Assembly: GCA_002189035.1 (NCBI GenBank)
Contig: NEEC01000002.1
Span: 5,022,001 to 5,086,000, forward strand
From: Utricularia gibba
Taxonomy: Eukaryota; Plantae; Magnoliophyta
Length of the DNA: 64,000 nt
Direction of reading: 5' to 3'
The translations under genes and the position numbers were made by a program. Numbering within the stretch: position 1 is the stretch's first letter; every line of letters begins with the position of its first letter. Shown here one piece after another: positions 25,143 through 37,549 of the stretch. Below the pieces are notes generated by a model. It ran no database searches, had not been told where the DNA came from, and was given only the letters and a program-made list of their open reading frames with translations.

Positions 25143-26729
25143 ATGAAACCCGGCAAGTGTAGCTTCAAACAAGCGGGGCAGCGTTCCATCACCTCCACGT
25201 CTATCTTTCGGCCGTCCAAGCCGTTGAGTGCTCCCCTCTGCGTTTCTTTTTCTCAATTTGTTCCTTTTTTCGTGTGTAATACTTCTGTGTCGCTTATTTT
25301 CTTAGGTTGAGTAAAAAAGGTGCGAATGCGAAATCGACATCTTCTGGGCAGCAGGATTCGCGTCTCTCTCTGTCAGATTTTCTTAACCGGAAGCTGCATA
25401 GAAGCTCCGTTCTGCCTTCGTCGGTTCAGGTTATATTTGGTAGATTCAAGTCAATGTTCAGTTCTATTTCCATGTGCACATTTTCTATGAATGAAGAAAC
25501 GGGTGTTTATTTTTATGAGCCAAGTGTTAGAGTAACGAGTTGTTTGACTTTTAGGTGATCTCTTTGAATTCTGTAGGTGTGCGTGTGTGTTGCATTTAAG
25601 AAATGCTTGCAAAATTACGTGCTAAAGAAAACTTGAGTGACATTGAAAATTATTTAGACCATGGTACTTGAGGGTACGTATTGTCTAAGTGCATTAATTA
25701 CTGGCATTTCCTGTGGAATATTGCGACGAAATGTCAATGATTGAAGGCTTTGAATGTGTATTGCAGGGCAAACATCAATCTTTTTTATCTCCCGTATGTG
25801 TCAAAGGAGGCAATCACACGAAAGCAGAAGCAGAAGCAGAATCAAAGTCTTTGACTGATGGCGCTTTTCATTTGTTCAAGGATGTAAGACTGGATAAAAA
25901 GCATGTTGGGGATTCAGATGTTTCAGATGAAGCTCATGTGAACAAGTTGCAGAAATCAGAGAACCCAAGGTCTCCATTTGAAGGTGACAACTGCTCCCCT
26001 TTTTTTCCTTTTTTTACTTCTGATGAATTCAGCAGCTGTTTCATATGTTGGTAGTGTTATAAATGCCCTCCAAAATTATGTGAGATGTGCCATCGGTACA
26101 AATGTTAACCTCTACCAATCAGGTGTGATCAATTCAAGAGATCTTACGTGATACTTGGGCCATGGTATCTTGTGTGATCGACAGTAGCCCAGTTTAGTCT
26201 TTATTTGTTATCGAACCTTCTTGTAGTTGGTGGGATAAGGATTTAAGTTACCTGGGCCATTCTTGTATATTCACGTATCTACTCTACTCTATCTTTGGTT
26301 TTAGTCTTTTACTAAACTTAAGGAACTGAAAGGCGTATCCATCTTAACTGAGTCCGAGAATGAATTGGGAATAAGGTCATGAAGAAGAACCGTCTTCTGG
26401 GAAGCGATTTGTGGTTCTTGGAGAAGAAGCAAGGCCTCATCAGAACTCGAGGAGGGCTCAAGAATCTAGGCCATTTTTCAATCACTGTAAGTCACAGTGG
26501 GAAAGAACTTCTAACCCCACATCTTCAACACCGAGATTTGCGTTCATGCAGATTCATTCTGCAGTATCACTACCTTATACAGATCCCTGTTTCCTTCACC
26601 TGAGCAGATGAGAATGGTTCCGGTTGGTGGGACAACGACATGGTGGGCATCGAAAACAAGGAGCTTGGATGCCATGAAGGATGGGAAGGAGTGGGATGCT
26701 CTGAGCTGGGGGGCACGGATTGGCATTAG
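25143..26729 (+). CDS. Conserved plant protein of unknown function; about 5 exons
   Basis: MKPGKCSF...RSITSTSIFRPS, SLSDFLNRKLHRSSVLP, VVLGEE, FFNHY-ENGSGWWDNDMVGIENKELGCHEGWEGVG...DWH*. The frame holds across predicted splice sites, except that the acceptor of the fourth exon is uncertain. Confidence 0.75.
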
Positions 26730-28264
26730 AAACAAGCATATCTCAGTTAGGGCGTGCTTGCTTCTTGCAAGTCTTTTGTTGAATACTTGCTCGGTGTTCC
26801 TAACTAGTATTTTAATCTAATTTGCCCGATGTGATTTTCTGTAATAAATTAAAAAGAAGTGAAATTATTAGAAAAATTATTTTTGCACTGCGCCAACACA
26901 ATATGATTTCATAAAATTACTAAAGGGAGTTGTAAGAATTAATTTAATTAATAAAAAAACTTCATTGTCCTGGTATGATACATCATGAATTTTAATTTTA
27001 ATTTTGAAAGATCATGATGTAGGATATTGGGGGTCTCACGTCTTCATTTAGGATCTTCGTTCAACATACATCTATTTAGATGGCGGGTGGTATTTTAATC
27101 AGAAAGGAAAATAATATTAAATTGAGCACCGTAGAGTTTTAAGCTTTTCATAAGTTTAGTTGTTTTGTCAGTGGTTATGAGATTGAAAAACTAACATCTT
27201 GGGGGTGGACAAGCATTTTGTTTAGGGTTCCACTAAACCCTAATAACTAATATGAAGATATATTCATGTACTTCCACAATAAATCTATTAACAAGTGGAA
27301 ACAAGCAATATTAGATAAATTAATTTCATTTGAGAAAAAAACAATACATGGGAATTAGTCCCATGACATTTATTTTGCTTCACTTCTAACAAAAATAAAT
27401 TTTTATGTAAAAAACTAGACAAAAATAGTGAGATAGCAATCATATACAATTAATACTTCAACATATAAAAGATATACATTTTTGAATATGAAAAATAAAC
27501 TTTTCATAGAAATTTATCAAAATATGTAACTTACAATTTTTCTAGAATGAATTCACGTTGATATAGAACACGTACTTTAAATGAGTGTATAAAAAATACA
27601 TTCACATAATTTTTCATTCCCTACTTCACTTTATTTAAACTAAAATTCTTTGAAAACTACCCTTTAAATGGAATTCATAGACATAAAGCCATAAAGAAAT
27701 TCATAGTTGTTTGCCTCAAAACAAAAGAATAATCAAGCATAATTTTATCATAAAATAAAATAGTGCATTAGAACTCATGATAGAATATTCCGGCCACTCA
27801 CCTACTCTTTTGGAAAATTCTCTTCAAGTACGAGATTCTCCCCCTTATCTTTTTATCCTCACATCTATCATACATATTATTCAAATATATATGAAATTTT
27901 TTTTTAGGTTATGATAGTATATGTAATTTTTTTTAGGTTATCTTTTTTTTTTTTTACCAATAAGCACAATTGAATTTAGGTTATCGTGAATAATCTAAAA
28001 TTCATTGCACCTCAAAATTTGAAAATTAATACTGACCCAAAAGGTGTAGATATTTTCCTATTGGGCTCAAATTTGGAGTAAGTTTGTTGATTGCATTGGA
28101 TGCTTTTCAATTGTAAAATGATTATTATAATAAAGTAACGTTCCCGCCAAATCCAGTACTATTCTTTTGTTCCGTTGGCGTTGGTGCTGCGCTGCCTCCC
28201 CTTTTTTCCATTTCCAAGGACCAGGGGGTGTACTGAGGAGTCAAAAAGGCACCGGGAGGCAGGA

Positions 28265-28771
28265 ATGAAGGGCAACTCAGATCTAGTCATCGGGGCAACG
28301 GTCGCCGTCGCGGCCACGGTGGTGGTAATCGTCGCGCTCCTCCTACTGCTACTCGCTGAGCTCTACTACTGCTCCCGGACAACCGCTGCTAGCAGTCCGG
28401 CGAAAGAGACGTACAAAAATTCGTTAGGTTTCGAAATCGACGGCGTCCTCCGCGTGCCGAGAAAATTACTCTTCCCGATCCCCAGCGAGTCGCCCGTCCG
28501 TGACCTGGAATCGGGTCCTCCATCGTCCGCCAGTGGAATCCTGTATTTCCGCAACCCGATGTACGGCGACGAAGAAAGAGGTACGGGGATTGAGAATCCG
28601 ACAGGATCTTCGTTCCCACTGACTCCACCGTTGAGTCCGATGAAGAAACTCGCGGTTGAAGGCGCCGACGGACTCTGGCCGAGAAGCGGTGGATCCGCGT
28701 TCGCTGCAGCGAGCGATGACGCAGTCTCGCAGTCGTCATCGTATTCCGTTTCCACTTCTCCGTCATGGTAA
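28265..28771 (+). CDS. Intronless single-pass membrane protein of unknown function
   Basis: GC-rich ORF with an N-terminal hydrophobic helix ending LLAELY and motifs GVLRVPR, NPMY, TPPLSPMKKL, STSPSW*. I recall this motif set from an uncharacterized plant family. The ATG at 28265 is preferred over the TTG at 28175. Confidence 0.8.
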   Translation: MKGNSDLVIGATVAVAATVVVIVALLLLLLAELYYCSRTTAASSPAKETYKNSLGFEIDGVLRVPRKLLFPIPSESPVRDLESGPPSSASGILYFRNPMYGDEERGTGIENPTGSSFPLTPPLSPMKKLAVEGADGLWPRSGGSAFAAASDDAVSQSSSYSVSTSPSW

Positions 28772-30189
28772 TGTCGCCGTGCCGCCGTGTCGTTGTTGGC
28801 CTTCTGAAAGATTCCGTTCCTTTATCTTTCCCATCCTGCTTTTACGGCGTAGGTTATCTCTTCTTTTTTTGTCCCAGTTTGTTTTATTTGCTCTCTTCCA
28901 TAAAAGAATTCCGAACGTTGCGGATACTGAATTAGTTATTCTCAGGGTACCGCTGTAATAAATATTATTACAAGGACCCATGGTCCAAATTTACCAACTA
29001 TTTATGAAAAGTATTTAATTCCCATTATTTAGTTAAATTCAAAAAACATTATATCAATTTTAAATTATGCATTCCTTTTAATAATTCTGTAATTAACATA
29101 TTTTGAACTATTATAATGTAACTTGGGAAACGTGATGTAAGCATGTCCATTTGATACGGGCATTTAAGTTTAGCTTAGGTTTAATTAACTTGAATGTTTA
29201 TAAACAAGTATCCGACTTTCAAAGAACAAAATGTGTAGATTTATCATATGCTAAAAAATTGTTATAATGTCGGACAATTTTAGCTGTGTAGACCAGACCA
29301 GACCAGACCACCTTTGCAAATACAAAATCATCAGGCATTTTTTTATTAATTTGAAAATTGTGTAACAAGAATGGAACATTGTAGTGAAACTTTGCTTTGC
29401 GTTGTTGTGCGTTTGTGGTAAACAACATCACAATTATGTTGTGACGTGTGCTGCCGTTTTTAGCACATACACACACGTGTTAAGCCCAATAACGATTGTA
29501 TAAGATTTTTAAATAATAGAAATGGACATTCATTTTTGAAAAACCAATTTGGAAATTAACGGAAGCTATTTAAGCAATTTACCCTTATTATAATAATTCA
29601 TGTATGAAGATAAACATTTGATTAGTGTGTAAGATTTTAAATCGAATTTAATTTACTTGAATTTAGATAAATATTAATTAAATAGGCATTGAGATTGAAT
29701 TCCGTCTTATAAGAAACAAATAATTTGTGTTCAATTCTATTAAAATCTTTTATTTTCGTTTGAATAAAATAATTAAAAGAACACGAATAAAATTTATGTT
29801 TGATTACTTAAATAAATAAACATAAATAGATAATCAAATATAATTAAATATAATTGAACATATATAATAAAAATTATTAAATAGTATTAAATTATTTAAC
29901 AAATAACACATACAATATCAAATCTAAAAACAGTCTACCTCACCCCACTACCCTAACTCGCCGTCCCCTCCCCCCCTCCCCTCATTGCAATCAAATACTA
30001 CAAACCCTAATCACATCTTATTTACAAGTGAAGAGTGATGAGATAATGTGATGATTATTCCTTTTTTTACTGATTTTGTAGTATATAAAGTCAATTACTA
30101 CAATTGTAAACTTCATTATTGATTAATGTTTTACTTTATTCCTTAAATTTGAAAATGTTTTAATTCCTATAGATTGTAATTTTTTTGTT

Positions 30190-31340
30190 GATGTGACTCA
30201 TCATGATTTGGAAAATATTGCATAGAAAGCAAATGGTACACAAGACCACTCTTTGGTCTAGTGATGTCCACTAGATCTGAACACATTTGGAACCGTGCAA
30301 GGGATCACCTCGAAAAACTCAAAGTTTATCATCATTCTATCACATCCACATGTTTTCCAAGCTTGAAATCACCTTCTCATCAAGAGGAGAGTCCCGAATC
30401 ACAACATCTTAAAAGTCTTGGCCACCACAAAGGCTAACATAAGGAAAAAATTTCAAGCTCCAAACATTTGTTAGATGATCAGCCTTTCAAGACAAGCGAC
30501 GATCAGCTTGGAAAGTTCTTTAAAACGGTATGCTATGCATGGCATGACTCATCATAGTTTTGAAGATATCACATCAGAACCGAACAATGCATGAGGCCAC
30601 CCTTTGGTCTAGTGACATCCACTAGGTCTGAATACATCCAAAGTAGTACAAACATCACCTCAAAAACTCAAAATTTATTGTCATTATATCACACCTACAT
30701 GTTTTCCAATATAAAAATCACCTCTGTGTCAAGATAAAAATCCTAAATCAAAACATCTCGAACGTCCTAGCCATTTGTGCCATCGTAGAAGGCAAAAATT
30801 TGAGCTCCAAGCCTTCGTTGAATGATCGGATTTCAAAACAAAAGAGGATTGGCTTGGAAAGGGCTTCGAAACGGTATGCTATACATGACGTGACTCATTA
30901 TGGTTTTGAGGATATTAAATAAAAAGCAAATGGTGCATGAGGCCACCCTTTGGTCTAGTGAAGTCCACTAGGTCTAAACACAACCGGAATAGTGCATGAG
31001 GCTACCCTGGGGTCTAGCAACATCTACTTGGTCTAAACAAACTTTGGGCAGTGCAAGGGATCACCTCAAAAACTCAAAATTTATCATCATTCTATTAGAC
31101 CTACATGTTTTCCAAGCCTGAAATCACCTTCGTGTCAAGACGAGAGTCCCAAATTGCAATGTTTCGAACATCTTGACCACTTTGTCTCAAGACAGAAGTC
31201 TAAAATAAGGCAAAAATTCGAACTCTAAAACTTTATCAGATGATGGGCCTTTCAAGAAAAAAGACGACTGGCTTAAAAAAATCTTTAAAATGATATGCTA
31301 TGCATGTCATGACTTATCACGATTCAAAAGATATCTTGTC
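30190..31340. repeat. About 350-bp tandem repeat, roughly 3.2 diverged copies with an internal ~59-bp duplication
   Basis: Recurring blocks TGACTCATCAT, GGTCTAGTG-N5-CACTAG, CACCTCAAAAACTCAAA, ACATGTTTTCCAA and AAACGGTATGCTAT. The palindrome starts at 30258, 30609 and 30955. Confidence 0.85.
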
Positions 31341-31399
31341 AGAAGCGAATAGTTTGGAATTTGTTTAACCAAGGAAGAGAAAGAAAATCTGAAAGGAAA

Positions 31400-33780
31400 A
31401 GAAGTAGAAAAGTGTTTTAAAAATAATAAAAAAAAGACAACTAAAGTATAAGAGATAATGGAGTAATTTATTAGCCAAAGTAGATCAAAGGGTTCAAATT
31501 ATAGAAATTATATAATGAATAATTCAATTTACCTACATCTAAAACTACAACTCAGTTGCATAGAGATTTTAAAGATTGTATTCCAAGGTATGAAAAGCAT
31601 TATTCGAAGCAACAATTTATATCAATTGCTACTATTTTTTTCTAATGATTGTGTTTCTAATGCTTTATTTTTTGATTATGATCATTGTAATGTGAGGTTA
31701 CTTGTTGCACATATGATTCTTGTTCATGAGTATCCTTTTAATATGATGTAACATATGGTTTTTAAGAAGTTCTTGTATGCAATTCCTCATTTTATGTTAA
31801 GATTACTGGATAAGGAATGAAAAAATATTGTCTTACTATATATAATCTAGAAAAAATCAAGTCGAAGATATTGTTGAAGAATGTGGAGATAATTTTGATT
31901 ATAACTGATTTGTGGAAATATAGTACAAAGATTAGATATATGGTTATAACATGATATTTTTTGGATTATAATTGAAGCTTACAAAAACGTGTGTTGAATT
32001 TTTGGAATTTTCCATCTTTCTATACATAAGTTATTATTATAGATGTACTGATGAATTGTTTTACTAATTGATGGATTGAAATAAAGTATATAGTACCATA
32101 ATTAATAATGCTATTTATCACTATTACAGATGTTCAAAGAGAACTTGATGGAAAATAATTTATCTATTAAAATTCAATTATCTTATGTTTGTTGTTATGT
32201 TCATATATTAAATCTTTTAATATAAAATGGTTTAAATAAACTTGGTGATGTTGTTGATTGTATTAGAGATGAAACAAATATTTCAATAGTTTAAAAGTTC
32301 ATCTGATAGAATTTAGAAAATATAAAAAAATATTACAATTTTTTATTATAAAATTAATTTTGGATTAACTTATTAGATAGAATTTCACATATATGATGAT
32401 ATCATCTACCTTTGAATTAAAGATGTGTTGGTGAGATATAAAAAAAGAGATATTGATTTTTGTTATGTGATTTTTTAAACTTATTTGTATATGTTGATAA
32501 ATATTATTTCAGTTTAACGTTATCTAACTTCTAATCTTTTTCTTATAGAGCTTTGTAAATTAAATTAACTTTTGATTGAAAAAAGTTTATATTCTAATGC
32601 TCTTATGAGGGCTATGATTTTCAATATGATTTTGCAATTTGATAAGTATTGGAGTGAATACAATATGGTAATAGAATTATGATATATTTTAGATCCTAGA
32701 TATAAATTAGAGTTCTTGAAATTTACTTTTCTAATATTGTATATAGAAGATAAGACATAGGAGAAAATCTAGGAATTCAATAAAATATTATCTAATTTAT
32801 ATAATGAGTACACTATACAACATCTAAATTTAGTATGATAGAAACTTATTTACCAAGATAAGATAATATTTTTGGTTGAATACGAGATTATAACCAAAAA
32901 ATTGTAACTAGTATGTCGAAGTTTGATTTTTTTAGAAAAAAACCAATGTCTCATTTTTTGAAGAAGTTAAATTTAGAAGTCTATTTATCAGATGATGCTA
33001 TTAATGTGATCTTAGTGATACTAATGTTTAATCAAAGTTAAATATTTTTAATTGATGGAAAATAAATAATGTGAAATATCTTATATTAGCCAATATTGTA
33101 ATGCATATTACCTATTTCTATGATATCTATTATACTAGAACCTAATTTTTAGTGTTAATGGTCGAGTTATAGATGATTTTCGATCAAACTTATCAACTAA
33201 AACTTATGAGATATTACTTTGTACTAGGGATTGACGGAGAAAATTCATGAAATAAAAAAAGATATACATGTAATTAATATTATTTGTATATTTATTTGAA
33301 TACATCTAATTATTTAATTTAATAATAATTATATTCTTGTGAAGTAGGTATGATTTTATTGAAAAATAGAGTCAAGATAGTAACACAAGTGTTGAAGTTA
33401 AAATTAAAAGAATAAGAATGTGATATATATATATATATATCTCTTATTTTTATATTAAATATGAATATATTTTATTAGAAACATAAATAATAATAATTTT
33501 TTATATTTAAATTTTTATTTAAATATATTACTATTTTTAAAATAATTTAGACTATAAAAATATAATAATTTGTATATATATATATATATATATATTCTTA
33601 AATGCTATTAAATATGTGTGAACATTAAATAAATGTATATGAACTAAACGTGGGCACAAGTAGAGGTCAACCCTTCAACCTGACTAGTCGACTTGTACAT
33701 ATGACCGTTGACTCGTACTCATGTGGAAACAAGTATGAGTTGAGTCCACATTTATGGGTAAGAATCAACTCACCAAGTTA
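31400..33780 (+). mobile_element. Highly decayed hAT element (transposase pseudogene)
   Basis: Recognisable ILDPRYKLE (about 32690) and dimerization-domain remnant W..NNVKY..LA...GRVIDDFRS.LS.K..EILLCTRD (about 33055-33235). Termini not resolved. Confidence 0.7.
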
Positions 33781-35849
33781 ATTCTATTTTTTTGTCACAA
33801 AAAAATTCTTTAAGTCAATGTAATGGCTCATTATCATTCTTTTTTATAAGTCTAATTGTTAGAATCAAGCCGAGTCTAACAAAAGATAGTATCATGATTT
33901 TGATGCTAACGTTTTATTTCTCAGATCTAGGATTTTAAAGAATTACACATTTGGAATACGATTGTCAAGCAATTTCTTCTGTAATTTTGCTCCACTTCAC
34001 CACTTGAAATCGTTTATCTCGATTCTTTGTTTTTTTTGTTTATGCATAATCTTTGTAAATGGTTGAATTGTCGAACCTTTGTGTCTACCACTGTAGGATG
34101 AAAACATTGACATCGATGCTATTGAAATGAAGAATATGTTGAAGATGGTGAAGGTGCTTATTAAACTAGCATGACCATTTTGATTAATTTAATATGATTA
34201 TGGTAAATGTGGTTATACTACCAATTTTTTACATCATATTAAGAATAAACATTATGATTGAAATATTTCAAATCTTAGACAATCGGAATTACATATTGTG
34301 GATTACATATTGTGGATGGTAGTATTAATTCAAAATTTACTTTGATTCGAATATGGCTCAAATTGATTTTTTGGTTAAATTAATTGCTAGTGAAAAATCT
34401 TTTTTAGAAGTTAAGAATCCATTCATTATTTATAAACCTAATGCATCCTTAGTTTGTTTCTTTTTTTTTAGAAGAAAGGCCGTTCGAATTTTGATTAGAA
34501 CAATTCCATAAATGAAACACATTTTTTATTTCTATTTCTACCATCTAAATGTAAATTTTGTTTGATTATGAATAATTGGCACGATATAAATGATGAAAAT
34601 TATATTGTTGTTACCGCTTGTTAGATTAATTCTAATTGGGTCATTGAGAAGAGAATCTTTGGGTTTTGGCCTTAGGATCATCCTCACACTAGTGCACGTA
34701 TTAGTGCTTTAATTATTGATATATGTCATGAATATGTTATATTTGATCACATTTTCTCTATTATTCTTGATAATGCATTTAATAATTGGGTTGATATCAA
34801 ATCTATGAAAACTTCTATGAATCCTATGTTGGCTTGTGCTTTATTCCATTTTAGAAATACATGTCACATTTTAAATTTGTGTGCTCAAGATACTTTGTAA
34901 ATTTTTTAAATTAATACATTACTTAGTTCTAATCATAAGTTAGTCAATGTGTTAAAAATTTATAGTGTGAGCAAAACAAATAGAATTCTACTCTTCGTAT
35001 GCTTTGATCTTTTCTTCCATATAAACAAATTATTGAAATATTTATAGGTATGCATAATGATTTAGAGTGTAAAGTTGAAGATATTGATTTAGATAAATTT
35101 GAGGTTTTTTGATTTAATTTCTATTTTCCATTGTTATACATTATTATTTAGTGATGTTTATTACTCTATTATTCATTAGTACTATCAGTCTTAATTAGCA
35201 TTTCTTTGTTATTTAAAAATATTATAGTGATCATTTTATTTGTTTTGTTATTAAAAAATGATTCCAAAGTTTTTGAAATATTATAATCATATTCATTCTT
35301 TGTATTTAATGGCCAACATGATTGATTATCAACTTAGGTATCTTTTGGTATGATGTTTAGTATTAGAGTGCTTTTAGAAACTAAAGAAAATAAAACCTTT
35401 AAATAGTTGGATTTAATTAGTTTGGTATGATAATTTATTTTATAAGAGATAATAAAATGTGTATTTGGTTAGGTATATTAAAATTCTGATTTTAACGAGA
35501 TTTTGCTATTACACCCTTATCAATTGACGTAATTAATTTTTTCCAAATCCCATCATAAAGCCTCGTGTAAAAGTTCAAGTAGAAGAGTAAAATAGACAAT
35601 TATTATCTTACTCTTACAAAACCTATCTTATTGGTGGGTTCACAAAAATACCCAAAACCCAAGTTTAATAACAAAATTTGGATTTTAGAAACGGGTCATG
35701 AGAAAAGAAAAGTAGTTAACCAAACGAAGTTTTATTTTTAAATCCAATATGTATCCCATAAATAACCACATACCAAACGACCCCTTAAAGTATTAGCCTT
35801 GATTGTTGATTTGAATGTTTATTGCATCGTTTATAATTCTCTTAACATG

Positions 35850-36400
35850 ATTAATGTGGATTTGAATGCTAAAAATATACATGAGATTGGTTTTTCAACT
35901 TTAATGTGGATATTGTGAAATCTGGCTAGTTAGAGGTTGAGAATAACAATGTCGTGGCATCAACCATTGATGATTATTAATTTATGGCACAAATTTCTAC
36001 TTCTTTTAACATGAGAATAAGATCCAATGAGGTTGCATTGTATAATACAATGCATCGATTAAATGACAAGGGGAAGAGTTTTGATATATTTGATTGATAG
36101 AAGAATCAGTCTTCCCGTTATCCAATATTATCATATGTTGCTAAGGATATTTTCATACCTTTAGCTTTCACGGTTGATTTTGAGAGGGCTTTCAATGCTA
36201 GTAGGAAAGTTTTTACTACGAGGAGATTGTATCTGATAAGTAACTTTGGAGGTTTATATATACTTAAAAGATTGGTTGTAAGTTGAACAGAAGTTACAAA
36301 ACATCATAATAAATTATGAGGATGATGAAGAAGATGGTGAAGAGGTAGAAGTTTTTGATGAAGTATGTATTGCGGAGTTTTTCTTTTTTTTTTATTTTCC
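35850..36400 (+). mobile_element. hAT dimerization-domain remnant
   Basis: NQSS...YPILSYVAKDIF...TVDFERAFNASRKV...LKDWL spread over frameshifts. Confidence 0.65.
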
Positions 36401-37169
36401 TTGAATTTTTTAACTCCATTAAAAATAATCAATATCATTCTTAAGCCTAGATAAATGGGGAGAGAAAACTTGAAAATTTTGATTTTTTGTGTTCATATTT
36501 TTTCAATTGATTTTTGAAATTATTTGAATTTCAATTGTTCGAAATCCTTTTTTTCCATTTTATATTGATTATGTTTTATATAATAGGAGTTTTTTTAACA
36601 GTATATTTATATTTTATAATAAGGTTTATTGTTATTGAATTATATACTTGTAAAATTATTAAAGTAAGTGCGAGTGACAACTTTTCTTCTATCTTCTTCC
36701 CCATTGTACGACTAGTATGGTTCTATTTACTTTAAGCATACATTTTCATTTATGGTTGTTTTGATTATGATATCTTTATCTTCGTGATCTAAGATTGTGG
36801 ATAATGTTTCTTTTGTTTCATTAAGTGTTTTTTATGATTAGTTGATTCTATTTGTATTGCTTGCTTATACTTACACAAGTCGAATCAAGGGTATACCCAT
36901 GGTGAATTGTAATTGGAGAGTCTATTAGCTCTTTTTTGACTCGTTTGATTTGACTTGAACTCGTATAAGTTGGATACATGATCATTTTAAACATTAACAA
37001 AAAAATTTTTAGATTAATTTAAATAAAAGCACATGAAGAAATTTCTCCTTTGATAAAATTATATAAAAGAATACAACCAAGTGTTCATTCATTCATTATA
37101 ACATTTTTAGTTGTGTCATTAGTAATTTGAGCCACCGGCCCAACCGAATCGAATTTTATTTGCATTCCG

Positions 37170-37245
37170 CAGGTTAAGCCCATATTACGTCGGTTCTGAG
37201 CTTTCTATTGAGGCCCAACATCTCATCAATGAACGAGGCCCAAAT
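37170..37245 (+). promoter_or_regulatory. Site II (TGGGCY) element cluster upstream of RPE
   Basis: AAGCCCA at about 37176 and AGGCCCA at about 37211 and 37236, typical of TCP-bound housekeeping promoters. Confidence 0.5.
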
Positions 37246-37549
37246 TGTTGTTATTTTTGTTGTCCCATTCACAAAACGGGTCACCTAATGATCAATCTTC
37301 ACTGACCTCACCAACCGCCTGCTTCTCCAGAGTCTCCGGCAGCTTTGAGCAAGAGGTGACTTTTCTTATCCCGTGCTTGTGGTGCTTTTGTCATTGTGAT
37401 CTGAAGAATCACAATCTTCGGATCGCATTGATGGAATGGGGAGTCAGAATTCCAAACTGTATTTGAATTTGCAATCTTTTGTGGGTAATTGTAACTGTAT
37501 TAATTCTCTATAACTTTCAAGAACGTTACTGTTGCACATACGAGGAATC

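Noticed and set aside
30190-31340. CRISPR-like or rDNA-spacer interpretation of the palindrome-containing repeat
   Set aside because: The context is eukaryotic, whole units are homologous (no unique spacers), and no cas or rRNA sequence is nearby.
33421-33600. (TA)n tracts; also (AAT)n at about 56078 and poly-G at about 54284
   Set aside because: Ordinary microsatellites with no further support.
34660-34700. CTAGT as a possible Helitron 3' end
   Set aside because: No GC-rich hairpin lies at the expected distance upstream.
35460-35790. Possible Tourist-like MITE ending CCAAACGACCCC-TTA
   Set aside because: The left terminus is too degenerate to pair confidently and no TSD was confirmed.
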